A stretch of 58,088 bases of DNA from Candidatus Desulfatibia profunda (GCA_014382665.1 JACNJH010000207.1:1-58088); one strand, 5' to 3'. Shown: positions 28,545-39,246, counted from the stretch's first letter. Numbers and translations are program-made. The notes: generated by a model not told the origin, from the letters alone.

Positions 28545-29999
28545 CTACTGAACGCTTTTACTCAATAAGGCATAACATGACCCGGGCAATCCGGATGCAA
28601 TCTTTCTTACGGGACGGCTTCCCAGCGCGAGCATTAATTTATTGTTGCAATATGGCCACAGCCGTCTGCGGCGCCTGATAAACCTTGCCAATAAAATCAG
28701 GAAAGTTTCATAGTTTTTTTGGTATCTGACATGGCTTCTGGTATAGAACCTGAACGCTTTCTCATTAAAAGGCTCAATAATACGATCCTTGAGCGCCCTG
28801 TCGTAGATGGGCGTGCCCGGAAAGAAAGCCAGAAAAAAAATGTTGATCCGAACATGCAGCGGCAAATCAAGAATATATTTATATGTCTGGATGATGTCAT
28901 CCGGGGTTTCGTATGGGTTGTCGATGATAAAATCAAGAAGAAGATCAAGGCCGTGGGTCTTATGGTACGATGCGAGCTGATGAACAACAGCCTTGGTTCT
29001 GGACAGCCTGATCCTGCGATGGTACACTTCATCAAGAGTCTGCTGACTCCCCGACTGGACGCCCATCTGGACGACCTTCAGGCCGGAATCCAAAAGGACT
29101 TCCATCTTTTCCTTATGATAGGTGTTTGCACTTACAGCAATACCAAAAGGGAGACCGATGCTCTTTTTATATTTTCGGGCGAAATGCGCCAACTGTTTTT
29201 TGGACCGCATGAAAAAATCGTCATCACCGAAAACAACAACTTCAATAAAATCGAGATGCTCAAGGGTATGTTCGAGTTCCTCGATGACGCGGTCGATACT
29301 GTAAAATCGCATGGTATTGCGGCCGAACAATGTGATGTAGCGGCTGTTATTGCAATAGGAACATTGATGCGGGCAGCCCCGGGACGTAATGAAGTATAAG
29401 ACCGGTACATTATACGGATAACCTGCCAGCCTTTCCTTGAGCAACGTCTTGGTCATTTGGAAAAGCCCCTGATCCAGCAGGAATTGTTCGTCCAAGTTGT
29501 AATCGTAGTATGGCAAACCGTCAAGATCGGCGAAAGGCGCTAAGACTTCGTTCACCAAAGGCGTGCCATTCACATTAAACGCCATGTTTGGCGTATGGAG
29601 ATAATCGGTGCCTGCTTCCAATCTGTTCGCGAAATCAACGGCCGCCTGGTCGCCTTCGGAAAAACAGATGCCATCGGCGTAGCGAAGCCCGAGCTCTGGG
29701 ACTGAAATGCAATGGGGGCCTCCCCATATCACTTTCATTCCGGGAAATTTCTTGTGAATATATTGAGTGACCTGTACGGCCCGAACCGCATAGCTGCTAT
29801 AAACGGCAACCATGACTAGGTCGGACTCAGCGAGCATTTCGTCTAGCGGCTCGAGTTCGTCTGCATTGTAGTCCAGCGGTTCAGGCCTGGATAAAAATAC
29901 GCTTTTTACCCGATGGCCGGCTCGTTTCAACAACGCTGAAATAAGACGGGAGCCGTCAGAAGACTGTCGACCGGAGACATTGATCAGTACAATATTCAT
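28545..29999 (-). CDS. B12-binding radical SAM protein
   Basis: RGCPHQCSYC, GDDDF, GVQSGS; N-terminal cobalamin-binding-like domain. Confidence 0.88.
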   Translation of the reverse strand: MNIVLINVSGRQSSDGSRLISALLKRAGHRVKSVFLSRPEPLDYNADELEPLDEMLAESDLVMVAVYSSYAVRAVQVTQYIHKKFPGMKVIWGGPHCISVPELGLRYADGICFSEGDQAAVDFANRLEAGTDYLHTPNMAFNVNGTPLVNEVLAPFADLDGLPYYDYNLDEQFLLDQGLFQMTKTLLKERLAGYPYNVPVLYFITSRGCPHQCSYCNNSRYITLFGRNTMRFYSIDRVIEELEHTLEHLDFIEVVVFGDDDFFMRSKKQLAHFARKYKKSIGLPFGIAVSANTYHKEKMEVLLDSGLKVVQMGVQSGSQQTLDEVYHRRIRLSRTKAVVHQLASYHKTHGLDLLLDFIIDNPYETPDDIIQTYKYILDLPLHVRINIFFLAFFPGTPIYDRALKDRIIEPFNEKAFRFYTRSHVRYQKNYETFLILLARFIRRRRRLWPYCNNKLMLALGSRPVRKIASGLPGSCYALLSKSVQ

Positions 30000-30014
30000 T
30001 AATCGCCTTTTTGT

Positions 30015-30983
30015 TTAACCGATGGAAGGTTGCAGCAGTCCGATTGCCGACGGTGCTTTAAATTTGATGTCAGCAGGTGTAAACATATCAAGTTCCGGAT
30101 ATTTCTTCCACAAATACCATTCTTGAGGATATTTGTATATACACTCTTCCAACAATTTTAAGACAACCGCGCCGACAGATCGATCAGCGTGTTGCCGAAG
30201 CTGTTTTGCGATTTGTACCAATGAGGTTGCAATAAAACTGTATCGCTGCTGGTCATTTCGATGCATAACACCAAAAACAACGGCAGCGGGCCATCGTTTC
30301 GACAAGATGTCGATGGTTCTGTCCAGGCTGATCGGTTTGCCCAAAAATAATATCCGATTATGTCGAGAAGGTTTCCATTCGTCGATTTCGTCACATTGGG
30401 TAATGACAATTCGATTCTCTTTAAGGTCCTTACAAATTGTTTTTACAATATTGGGCTCAAAGTCGGCGTCGATTATTTTGACGTTAAAATGCTCCGCTTG
30501 CTGCAAGGATACTTGACGCAAACGTTTTGATTTAAACTTGGCAACAATTGTTACCGGATAGTTGTTGGCACCCAGAAAAGCGGGAATAAACTCAACCCCG
30601 CCATAGTGCCCGGTAATTAAAAGAACACCTTTACCCCTGGCAAGCCCTTGTCGGACAGCATCCAGACCCGCACCTTCGATATGAGTGTTGATAAAAGCCC
30701 GCAATATTTTGGCGGCGGAAAAGGCATTAAAAATCTTTTCATAATAATGGTATAAAATTCCCCGAAAAATGTCCTTTGTTATGGATTTGATTTCATGGTG
30801 CTGCTTGCAACCGCCGAATGCGGTTTGCACAGCCGTTTTAATTTTCGATGTTTCCGCTCCGTTAAAGAAAAAATATAATCTTCCCAGAAAGCTTATGTAA
30901 TAGAGCGTGATTCTCCATCCCAGCAGCCGGCATAGAAAAATATTAAACCGGCATTGCAAAAAAGAACTTAAGTTGATCTTCAT
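30015..30983 (-). CDS. LpxL-like / lysophospholipid acyltransferase
   Basis: LLITGHYGGVE (Hx4E) motif; QEWYLW. Confidence 0.75.
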   Translation of the reverse strand: MKINLSSFLQCRFNIFLCRLLGWRITLYYISFLGRLYFFFNGAETSKIKTAVQTAFGGCKQHHEIKSITKDIFRGILYHYYEKIFNAFSAAKILRAFINTHIEGAGLDAVRQGLARGKGVLLITGHYGGVEFIPAFLGANNYPVTIVAKFKSKRLRQVSLQQAEHFNVKIIDADFEPNIVKTICKDLKENRIVITQCDEIDEWKPSRHNRILFLGKPISLDRTIDILSKRWPAAVVFGVMHRNDQQRYSFIATSLVQIAKQLRQHADRSVGAVVLKLLEECIYKYPQEWYLWKKYPELDMFTPADIKFKAPSAIGLLQPSIG

Positions 30984-31421
30984 GACGATTCCTCCTTGCT
31001 TAAAAAGGTTGACCGGCCTGCTATCCTCCGCGAAGCACTAACGCACGCCGGAATTTCCGCTCTTTGTTAGGGCGCAGAGTTTCACATCATTGAGCTCAAC
31101 ACTAAAAAAGATTAAACGGGCATTCAGATTGCTGTTGCAGCTCATTTTTTGCCCGCACCAACGAAGAAGTCTATTGGCTAACAAATTAAAAAGTTGGAGT
31201 TCTTTGTTTAGGTATAATTTCTCTCAAAAAACATGCCAAAACCTGAGACATCGGGTTTCGGGCGCAAAAATTAGCAAACATATCCTGATAACATTGAACG
31301 CCGGCAGGATGCAACGCCTTTATTTCATGGGAATTCCAGCCATCCCGACATAATATGTCAACAGCTCGTATCTACCCGTCGCGCGTGCAGGCGATGCAAA
31401 TGGCAACCGGCAATGCTTAAA

Positions 31422-31470
31422 AAAAATGCACAGAAAAATGTGCGCCATGCATATTTTTCTGTGCATTTTT
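31422..31470. promoter_or_regulatory. paired palindromic sites, candidate sigma54-activator enhancer
   Basis: perfect 18-bp IR AAAAATGCACAGAAAAAT / ATTTTTCTGTGCATTTTT, readable as two TGCAY-N8-GTGCR boxes. Confidence 0.5.
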
Positions 31471-31839
31471 ACCGGCTCTTTGATTGACGGACCTGAAATT
31501 TTATGCTGGGATGAACTGTTAATGAATTTTATTGATGGAAATACCTTGTCATTTTATGAAAGATGCCGGGCAAAAGCAGCAATTCATATCGAAATCTAAA
31601 GAAAAAATCGTTTGCACCAAAAAAAATGGCATGCAATTTGAATGTGCAACACATATTGCGGTTTTAGAGGTTATCTGTCCGGCCACGGCGGTTCCGGCGG
31701 CAGTAGTTGAACTGTAACAGCGAGCGAATATTAACATAGCAGAATTCCTTACAGTCGAAGATTTTCTGTAGAGCTTGTTGAAGCAAAGCGAAAATCCCGA
31801 CGAGTCCCGGAGAAATTCTTCAAACAAAAAGAGAATGTT

Positions 31840-33198
31840 GTGATGATGAATAACAAGGCTTCCATTCTGGTCGTTGATGATGAACATGGCGTTCGCCAGT
31901 CATTTAACATGGTGTTAAAAGATCAATACAATGTCCTGTTAGCAGGCACAGGGGAACAAGCAATTGATATTTTAACAAAAAATTCCGTCGATCTCATTTT
32001 GCTGGACATCCTTTTGCCGGATATTAACGGCCTTGATCTTCTGGAAAAACTGATGGAAACCGATCCGAATACGGAAATCATCATGGTAACCGCTGTTAAT
32101 GACGTTCAGGTGGCGGTAAGGGCGATTAAACTGGGCGCTTATGAATATATCATTAAACCCTTTGTCGTGGACGAAGTGCTGACCGTAATTCAGCGGGCTT
32201 TGGAAAAACGAAGTCTGAAAAAGGAGGTGGCCTATCTCAGGAACGCGCTGGAAAGGTATCATCTTTTTGAAAAGATGGTCGGTCAAGATAAAAAAATGCT
32301 AAAGATTTTTGAATTAATATCGACGCTTTCTCAAAGCGACGGTACGGTCATTATCCAAGGGGAAAGCGGAACCGGTAAAGAACTGGTTGCCAGGGCCATG
32401 CACAACAGGGGACCGCGCAGAGGCCATCCGTTTGTGGTCATCAATTGTGCAACCATCCCGCCGACACTGATGGAAAGCGAAATCTTCGGCCATAATAAAG
32501 GGGCATTTACAGGAGCCATCACCACCAGTATCGGCAAGCTTGAAATTGCAGATAGGGGGACCGTTTTTCTTGATGATATTGATTCTCTGGATATCAATAT
32601 GCAAGCCAAGCTCCTCAGGGTCATTCAGGAGAAGGAGTTCGAAAGACTGGGGAGCAACAAGGTGATCAAGGCAGATGTCCGATTTGTGGCGGCTTCCAAT
32701 AAAGACCTTAAGCAAATGATTTCAGCGGGTAGATTTCGTGAAGATCTTTATTATCGCCTGAATGTTTTTCCTGTCAAGCTGCCGCCGTTGAGAGAACGAA
32801 GGGGTGATATCCCCTTATTGTTGAATCACTTTTTGGAACTGTACGCTAAAAAGACCGGGAGTCCCCCTAAAGAAATTTCAGAGCAAGCCATGGCTGTTTT
32901 CAAGGAATATGATTGGCCGGGAAATGTCAGAGAACTTCAAAACATGGTGGAAAGGTTGTGTACCATTACAAGGAATTCAATCATCCAGCGTAAGGATATT
33001 GCCGCTTATAACATGCATAAAACTGAAATTAAGGACATGATGCTTAAAGAAGCCGTAAGCACCTTTGAAAAACAGTACATCCTGGAAGTACTTGACAGCG
33101 TCAACTGGAATCGAAAAAAAGCGGCCGAGAAATTAGGTATCCACCGCAACACCCTTTTGACCAAAACGGCTGAACTCGGCCCGAATTTGAAAAAATGA
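31840..33198 (+). CDS. NtrC-family sigma54-dependent response regulator
   Basis: receiver domain, GESGTGKE, GAFTGA, FREDLYYRLNV, C-terminal HTH. Confidence 0.93.
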   Translation: MMMNNKASILVVDDEHGVRQSFNMVLKDQYNVLLAGTGEQAIDILTKNSVDLILLDILLPDINGLDLLEKLMETDPNTEIIMVTAVNDVQVAVRAIKLGAYEYIIKPFVVDEVLTVIQRALEKRSLKKEVAYLRNALERYHLFEKMVGQDKKMLKIFELISTLSQSDGTVIIQGESGTGKELVARAMHNRGPRRGHPFVVINCATIPPTLMESEIFGHNKGAFTGAITTSIGKLEIADRGTVFLDDIDSLDINMQAKLLRVIQEKEFERLGSNKVIKADVRFVAASNKDLKQMISAGRFREDLYYRLNVFPVKLPPLRERRGDIPLLLNHFLELYAKKTGSPPKEISEQAMAVFKEYDWPGNVRELQNMVERLCTITRNSIIQRKDIAAYNMHKTEIKDMMLKEAVSTFEKQYILEVLDSVNWNRKKAAEKLGIHRNTLLTKTAELGPNLKK

Positions 33199-33521
33199 AA
33201 AAAAGAAGCCACAAAGTATCTCACCCGTATTTCTCGCCAGCCTGATTCCTATCTTCGCCCGGCTGAAAACCAAAGAAGCTTTCGCCGGTTTTCTCGCCAT
33301 TACAGGCATTTATTTCAAGGATCGATTCGTTTTACAATTTAAATCTTTTTTTTTCATTTATTCTTGACATGAATTTGCAAGTTGATTATAGGTTTTGCCT
33401 TACATAATTTTTTGCTGAATAGATACCGAAAGCAGCTTTTCGTTAGTTTTCATTGTTTTAGGATAGGGGTCCGGGTATCATAGCCGGGCGAAAATCGACA
33501 GTTTGAGGAGCGGTCCGGAAG

Positions 33522-34088
33522 ATGAGGTTGAACGATCTATTGGCGCAAAGAAAAGCTTCTATTGTCAAAAAGTGGTTTGCCATGGTGATCGAGACCTATC
33601 CTGCCGACACCGCCCAGTTTTTAAAAAGCCAGAAAGATCCTTTTGCCAACCCTGTGGGCAGAACCATTTTGCGCAGTTTGGAACCGCTCTTCGACGAACT
33701 CTTGGGAGGCATGGATGGTGAGACGCTGGCATCCCTCCTCGATCCGATCATCAGAATCAGGGCTATTCAAAGTTTTTTCCCCTCACAAGCCATCGGATTT
33801 ATTTTTTTCTTAAAAAATGCCGTTCGAGAAAATTTAATCAAAGAAATTGCTGAAAATAAGATTGCCGCTGAGCTGCTTGTTTTCGAGTCAAAGATTGACC
33901 AACTCGGTCTGATTGCGTTTAACCTTTACATGAAGTGTAGAGAAAAAATTTACGACCTCAAGGCCAATGAGATCAGAAACCGAACCCTCAGGGCCTTTGA
34001 GAGGGCGGGTTTGGTGAGTGAACTGCCGGAGGTTGAGCCGGTTTTGGAACCTATTAACTTTACGAAGGAGGCTTCAAACAACAGCTAG
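33522..34088 (+). CDS. RsbRD N-terminal-like domain protein preceding dsrM
   Basis: KDPFANPVG, IIRIRAIQ motifs; position ahead of dsrM. Confidence 0.65.
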   Translation: MRLNDLLAQRKASIVKKWFAMVIETYPADTAQFLKSQKDPFANPVGRTILRSLEPLFDELLGGMDGETLASLLDPIIRIRAIQSFFPSQAIGFIFFLKNAVRENLIKEIAENKIAAELLVFESKIDQLGLIAFNLYMKCREKIYDLKANEIRNRTLRAFERAGLVSELPEVEPVLEPINFTKEASNNS

Positions 34089-34193
34089 ATTTGCGCGAGC
34101 CCGGCAAGGTTTTTTTGTGTTGCTGCTGCCTGAAAAGATTACGGGCGGATCCGGTTTGTTGGCATGAAGCCGTAGCAGTGAGGTAATTGAATA

Positions 34194-35231
34194 ATGAATA
34201 TCAGTTACTTGTATTCCCTTATAGCGGTTATCGTGCTTGCTCTGTTTGCCTATGTGGGCTCCAAAGTAACAGGGGGTGAAGCGCTTTTCGGCCTTATCCT
34301 GCCGTTTCTGGCTGCCGTCACTTTCCTTGTGGGTTTTATTTACCGCATCGTAGACTGGTCACGTTCGCCGGTGCCTTTTCGAATTCCCACAACCTGCGGC
34401 CAGCAGAAGTCTCTGCCCTGGATCGAGTCTGCATGCATAGACAACCCGAGCACTACCGGCGGTGTGATTGCGCGGATGTTTCTGGAAATCGTCTTTTTCC
34501 GATCATTATTCCGCAATACCCAGTGCGAGCTCAAAGAGGGAGATAAGCTTTCCTACCGGTGGGAAATATGGCTGTGGGTCGGCGCCCTGGCTTTTCACTG
34601 GGCGTTCTTTACTGTCGTGGTAAGGCACTTGCGGTTCTTTATGGAACCGGTCCCGGTCTGCCTCAAGGTGCTGGAAAAATTGGACGGGTTTCTTCAGATC
34701 GGTATGCCGGGGCTGATGCTGTCCGGCGTCGTCCTGCTGGCCGCCGTAGCCTTTTTATTTTTAAGAAGACTGTTTACACCTCATGTGCGATATATTTCCC
34801 TGGCTTCGGACTATTTCCCGCTCTTTCTGATTATTGGCATCGCCTTTACCGGCATCCTGATGCGCTATTTCACCAAGGTGGAAATTGTAAATGTCAAAGC
34901 GTTCACCATGGGACTGGTCACACTTAAGCCCCATGTTCCCCATGGTATCGGGGGTATTTTCTATGTTCATCTGTTTTTGGTCTGCATCCTTTTGGCCTAT
35001 TTTCCCTTCAGCAAGCTCATGCATCTGGGAGGGATCTTTATGAGTCCCACGAGAAACCTGACCACCGACAGCCGCGCCAAAAGGCACATCAATCCGTGGA
35101 ATTACCCCGTGAAGATTCATACCTACGATCAGTATGAAGATGAATTCAGGGAGAAAATGATAGAAGCCGGCCTGCCGGTCGACAAAATGGTTGAGGCCCA
35201 AGCGCCTGAGGAATCAGAGGAAAAGGAGTAA
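34194..35231 (+). CDS. dsrM: DsrM membrane cytochrome b
   Basis: PFRIPTTCGQQ, AFHW, PFSKLMH, PTRN. Confidence 0.93.
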   Translation: MNISYLYSLIAVIVLALFAYVGSKVTGGEALFGLILPFLAAVTFLVGFIYRIVDWSRSPVPFRIPTTCGQQKSLPWIESACIDNPSTTGGVIARMFLEIVFFRSLFRNTQCELKEGDKLSYRWEIWLWVGALAFHWAFFTVVVRHLRFFMEPVPVCLKVLEKLDGFLQIGMPGLMLSGVVLLAAVAFLFLRRLFTPHVRYISLASDYFPLFLIIGIAFTGILMRYFTKVEIVNVKAFTMGLVTLKPHVPHGIGGIFYVHLFLVCILLAYFPFSKLMHLGGIFMSPTRNLTTDSRAKRHINPWNYPVKIHTYDQYEDEFREKMIEAGLPVDKMVEAQAPEESEEKE

Positions 35232-35234
35232 AGA

Positions 35235-36887
35235 ATGTCAGACACACCCACTCCGGAAGAACTGTTGTCGAACATCGCCCCCAAACCGCCCCAAACGGGA
35301 TGGATGGATACCCCTGTCGACATAAAAAAAGGAATCTATTGCTACGCGGCGAACCCTAAGAGCGTTGAATACGTCGGTCTGCCCCACGCCAGGCCGTGGA
35401 ACCCCGTTGAACAAGACTGGGCCCTGCCGGACAACTGGCAGGAGATCATTACCCAAGGTTTCAGAGAACGGCTTGACCGCTTTCGTTCCGTGAAGGTCTT
35501 CATGGACATCTGCGTGCGTTGCGGGGCCTGTGCCGATAAATGTCACTTTTTTATAGGATCCGGTGACCCCAAAAACATGCCGGTTCTGAGGGCCGAACTT
35601 TTGCGTTCGGTGTATCGCAATGATTTTACGGCTGCCGGCAAGATCATCGGATCCCTCGGGAAGAGCTTTAAAAAGATCGTCGGTGCCAGGGAACTGACCC
35701 TGGATGTGCTGAAAGAATGGTGGTACTATCTTTTTCAATGCTCCGAGTGCCGCCGCTGTTCGGTATTCTGCCCGTACGGCATCGACACGGCCGAGATTAC
35801 CATCATGGGCCGCGAGCTTTTAAACCTCATCGGCCTGAATATCGACTGGATCGCCACGCCGGCGGCCAATTGCTACCGTACCGGGAACCATCTCGGCATT
35901 CAACCCCATGCCTTCAAGGATATGCTCGATTTCTTCACCGATGATATCGAAGAAATCACCGGTGTCCGCGTGGAACCCAATTTTATGAAAAAAGGCGCCG
36001 ATATCCTTTTTATCACCCCTTCGGGTGATGTGTTCGCCGATCCCGGAACGTATACCTGTATGGGGTACATGATGCTATTTCACTACCTGCGGGAAAAATA
36101 CGGTTTCGACATTACCTGGAGCACGTATGCATCCGAGGGCGGCAACTTCGGCTTTTTTACCTCCCACGAAACCATGAAGCGGCTGAACGCCAAAATGTAC
36201 GCCGAAGCCAAGCGCCTGGGCGTAAAATGGATCCTGGGCGGCGAGTGCGGCCACATGTGGCGGGTCATTCACCAGTACATGGATACCATGAACGGCCCGG
36301 CCGATTTTCTGGAAGAGCCGGTGTCTCCGATTACCGGCACCAAATTTGAAAATGCCAAATCGACCAAGATGGTCCATATCGCCGAGTTCGTCGCCGACCT
36401 TATCAAACACGATAAACTGGAGCTGGACCCCAGTCGAAATGATCATTTGAAGGTTACCTTTCACGATTCGTGCAACGTATCCCGCGGTATGGGAATGTTC
36501 GAGGAACCCCGGTATGTCATCAAAAACGTCTGCAACAATTTTTTTGAGATGCCGGCCAACACCATCCGGGAGCAGACCTTCTGCTGCGGCAGCGGCAGCG
36601 GCCTGAATGCCGGGGAGAATATGGAGCTGAGGATGCAGGGGATATTACCCCGAGCCAATGCGGTCAAATATGTTCACGAAAAGCACGGCGTGAACATGCT
36701 GGCCTGTGTGTGCGCCATCGACCGGGCGGCCCTGCCGACAGGAATGCAATACTGGGTTCCCGAAGTCGATGTTACCGGCATGACCGAGCTGGTGGCCAAT
36801 GCACTGATCATGCCCGGCGAAGGAAAGAGAACGACGAACCTGCGCAGCGAGCCGCTGCCGGGAATGGAGGATGATGATGCCGAATAA
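35235..36887 (+). CDS. dsrK: DsrK iron-sulfur (CCG) protein
   Basis: CVRCGACADKC, CSECRRCSVFC, GECGH, HDSC, CCG. Confidence 0.95.
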   Translation: MSDTPTPEELLSNIAPKPPQTGWMDTPVDIKKGIYCYAANPKSVEYVGLPHARPWNPVEQDWALPDNWQEIITQGFRERLDRFRSVKVFMDICVRCGACADKCHFFIGSGDPKNMPVLRAELLRSVYRNDFTAAGKIIGSLGKSFKKIVGARELTLDVLKEWWYYLFQCSECRRCSVFCPYGIDTAEITIMGRELLNLIGLNIDWIATPAANCYRTGNHLGIQPHAFKDMLDFFTDDIEEITGVRVEPNFMKKGADILFITPSGDVFADPGTYTCMGYMMLFHYLREKYGFDITWSTYASEGGNFGFFTSHETMKRLNAKMYAEAKRLGVKWILGGECGHMWRVIHQYMDTMNGPADFLEEPVSPITGTKFENAKSTKMVHIAEFVADLIKHDKLELDPSRNDHLKVTFHDSCNVSRGMGMFEEPRYVIKNVCNNFFEMPANTIREQTFCCGSGSGLNAGENMELRMQGILPRANAVKYVHEKHGVNMLACVCAIDRAALPTGMQYWVPEVDVTGMTELVANALIMPGEGKRTTNLRSEPLPGMEDDDAE

Positions 36888-37284
36888 CAAGAAGATGTAT
36901 GATTCAGGGAAAGTTATTGCCGGCCTTGTGATCTTGGTAGTACTGCTGACCTTTCCTTTCTGGTACAACCTTGGAAAAGCTGCTCCGGCACCTGAACCCA
37001 AGCTGAGTGAAAAGGCCAAAGCGGCCAAAGAGTGCGTTGAATCCAAAGCATACATGACGGCCGGGCACATGCAGCTTCTGAATGAATGGAGGGATACGGT
37101 TGTACGCAATGCCCAAAGAATTTATGTAAACAGCAGCGGGAAGAAATACGAAATGAGTCTTTCCAACACCTGTCTGGATTGTCACACGGATAAGGCCGAA
37201 TTTTGTGACAAGTGCCATAATTATGCTGCGGTAACCCCTTACTGCTGGGATTGCCATGTTGATCCGAAGAAGGAGGCGATGTAA
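36877..37284 (+). CDS. dsrJ: DsrJ triheme cytochrome c
   Basis: CLDCH, CDKCH, CWDCH; HMQLLNEWRD. Confidence 0.92.
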   Translation: MPNNKKMYDSGKVIAGLVILVVLLTFPFWYNLGKAAPAPEPKLSEKAKAAKECVESKAYMTAGHMQLLNEWRDTVVRNAQRIYVNSSGKKYEMSLSNTCLDCHTDKAEFCDKCHNYAAVTPYCWDCHVDPKKEAM

Positions 37285-38075
37285 TGGAAAGCAGCAGAAG
37301 AAGCTTCTTGAAAATAGCTGGGATTTCGGTGCTGGGTTTGGGAGCCAAACCGGTACTGGATGTGATGGCCTCATCGGGTGAAGAGCATGGCGAAGCTTTA
37401 AAACCCAGCGCCATGAAGGGCGAGCATGTCCTCACAGCCAAACGCTGGGCCCTGGTCGTCGACACCCGCAAATTCGAGTCCGAAGCAGATCTGGAGCCGA
37501 TGATCGAGATCTGCCACAAGATCCATAATGTTCCCAAACTGGAAAATAAACGGCATGAAATCAAGTGGATCTGGACGGAAGAATTCAAACACGCCTTTTC
37601 CACGCAGGAAAACGAGTTTGTCGATGATAGGGTCGAACATTTGCCGTTTTTGACCCTTTGCAACCATTGTGAAAAGCCGGCCTGTGTCAGGGCTTGCCCG
37701 ACAAAGGCAACCTTTAAACGCGAAGACGGGATTGTGCTGATGGATTTTCATCGCTGCATCGGCTGCCGGTTCTGTATGGCGGCCTGCCCCTATGGATCCA
37801 GGAGCTTCAATTTCAGGGATCCGCGTCCCTTTATCAAGGAGACCAATCCCAAATTTCCCACGCGGATGAAAGGGGTTGTTGAAAAATGCAACTTCTGCGC
37901 CGAAAGACTGGCCGTCGGAAAACAGCCTGCCTGTGTGGAGGTGTCCAAGGGCGCCCTGACCTTCGGTGACCTTGAGGACCCTGAATCTGAAGTCAGAAAA
38001 CTGCTGAGATCCAATTTCACCATTCGTCGCAAACCGGCCCTGGGCGCTGGGCCATCAGTATTTTATATCGTATGA
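37284..38075 (+). CDS. dsrO: DsrO periplasmic ferredoxin
   Basis: Tat SRRSFLK; CNHCEKPACVRAC; CIGCRFCMAAC. Confidence 0.93.
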   Translation: MESSRRSFLKIAGISVLGLGAKPVLDVMASSGEEHGEALKPSAMKGEHVLTAKRWALVVDTRKFESEADLEPMIEICHKIHNVPKLENKRHEIKWIWTEEFKHAFSTQENEFVDDRVEHLPFLTLCNHCEKPACVRACPTKATFKREDGIVLMDFHRCIGCRFCMAACPYGSRSFNFRDPRPFIKETNPKFPTRMKGVVEKCNFCAERLAVGKQPACVEVSKGALTFGDLEDPESEVRKLLRSNFTIRRKPALGAGPSVFYIV

Positions 38076-38082
38076 GGTGGTT

Positions 38083-39246
38083 ATGCTTGAAAAGGCGATT
38101 TTAGGAAGCAAGAGATACTATGGATGGATGACGGTCTTGCTGGCCGTTATCGGCGTAGGCGTTGCCTGTTATCTGTGGCAGTTTCAATTCGGCCTGGGGA
38201 TTACAGGCATGAGCAGGGATGTCTCGTGGGGGTTTTACATTGCCCAGTTTACATTTCTGGTTGGTGTGGCTGCATCGGCCGTAATGGTGGTTCTGCCCTA
38301 CTACCTGCATAACTATAAAGCATTCGGCCGGATAACAATCCTGGGCGAATTTCTGGCAGTTGCTTCGGTAACCATGTGTATTTTGTTTATCTTTGTTGAC
38401 CTCGGCCAGCCTACTCGGGTCTTTAACGTCCTTTTGTACCCGACCCCCAATTCGGTTCTTTTCTGGGATATGATTGTTTTAAACGGATACCTGTTTCTGA
38501 ACATCGTTATCGGCTGGAACGTGCTGGAGGCGGAACGCAACAATGTTGCGCCGGCGGGCTGGCTGAAGCCGCTGATTTATCTTTCGATACCATGGGCCGT
38601 CAGTATCCATACGGTTACAGCCTACCTTTACTGCGGCCTTCCGGGCCGGGGTTTCTGGCTGACGGCCATCCTGGCGCCGCGCTTTCTTTCTTCGGCCTTT
38701 GCTTCCGGTCCGTCCTTTTTGATTCTGCTGTGCTTCCTTGTCCGCAAGCTGACCAAGTTTGACCCGGGCAAGGAACAGATCCAGTCGCTCGCCAAGGTCG
38801 TGGCTTATGCCATTTGCATCAATGTGTTTTTCTTTTTGTGCGAAGTTTTTGTGGTGTTCTACAGCAGGATTCCCGAGCATATGGATCATTTGATATACCT
38901 CTTTGCCGGACTGCACGGACATGGTGCCCTGGTTCCCTGGATGTGGACTTCGATGATATTGATGGTGGTTTCGATTATTTTGCTGGTCAATCCGATAACG
39001 CGCAAGAATGAAAACGTCCTGATCGTCGCCTGTATCACCGTTTTTATCGGCACCTGGATCGACAAGGGACTGGGAATGATTTCCGGCGGCTTTGTTCCCA
39101 ATCCGATGCATCATGTTACTGAATACATCCCGACCATTCCTGAACTGGCCATTTCAATCGGTGTATGGGCCACCGGCTTCTTGGTGTTGACCGCCCTGTT
39201 CAAGATCGCCGTATCGATCAAGGAAGAGGTTAGCGGTGTCGCCTAA
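38083..39246 (+). CDS. dsrP: DsrP (NrfD family)
   Basis: MSRDVSWG, DLGQP, WAVSIHTVTA. Confidence 0.93.
   Translation: MLEKAILGSKRYYGWMTVLLAVIGVGVACYLWQFQFGLGITGMSRDVSWGFYIAQFTFLVGVAASAVMVVLPYYLHNYKAFGRITILGEFLAVASVTMCILFIFVDLGQPTRVFNVLLYPTPNSVLFWDMIVLNGYLFLNIVIGWNVLEAERNNVAPAGWLKPLIYLSIPWAVSIHTVTAYLYCGLPGRGFWLTAILAPRFLSSAFASGPSFLILLCFLVRKLTKFDPGKEQIQSLAKVVAYAICINVFFFLCEVFVVFYSRIPEHMDHLIYLFAGLHGHGALVPWMWTSMILMVVSIILLVNPITRKNENVLIVACITVFIGTWIDKGLGMISGGFVPNPMHHVTEYIPTIPELAISIGVWATGFLVLTALFKIAVSIKEEVSGVA

Noticed and set aside
31620-31645. sigma54 promoter TGGCATGCAATTTGA
   Set aside because: The -12 position is GA rather than the near-invariant GC; a similar site near 31230 fails the same way.
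31532-31887. short ORFs between the acyltransferase and the NtrC regulator
   Set aside because: No motifs or RBS and they overlap probable regulatory DNA.
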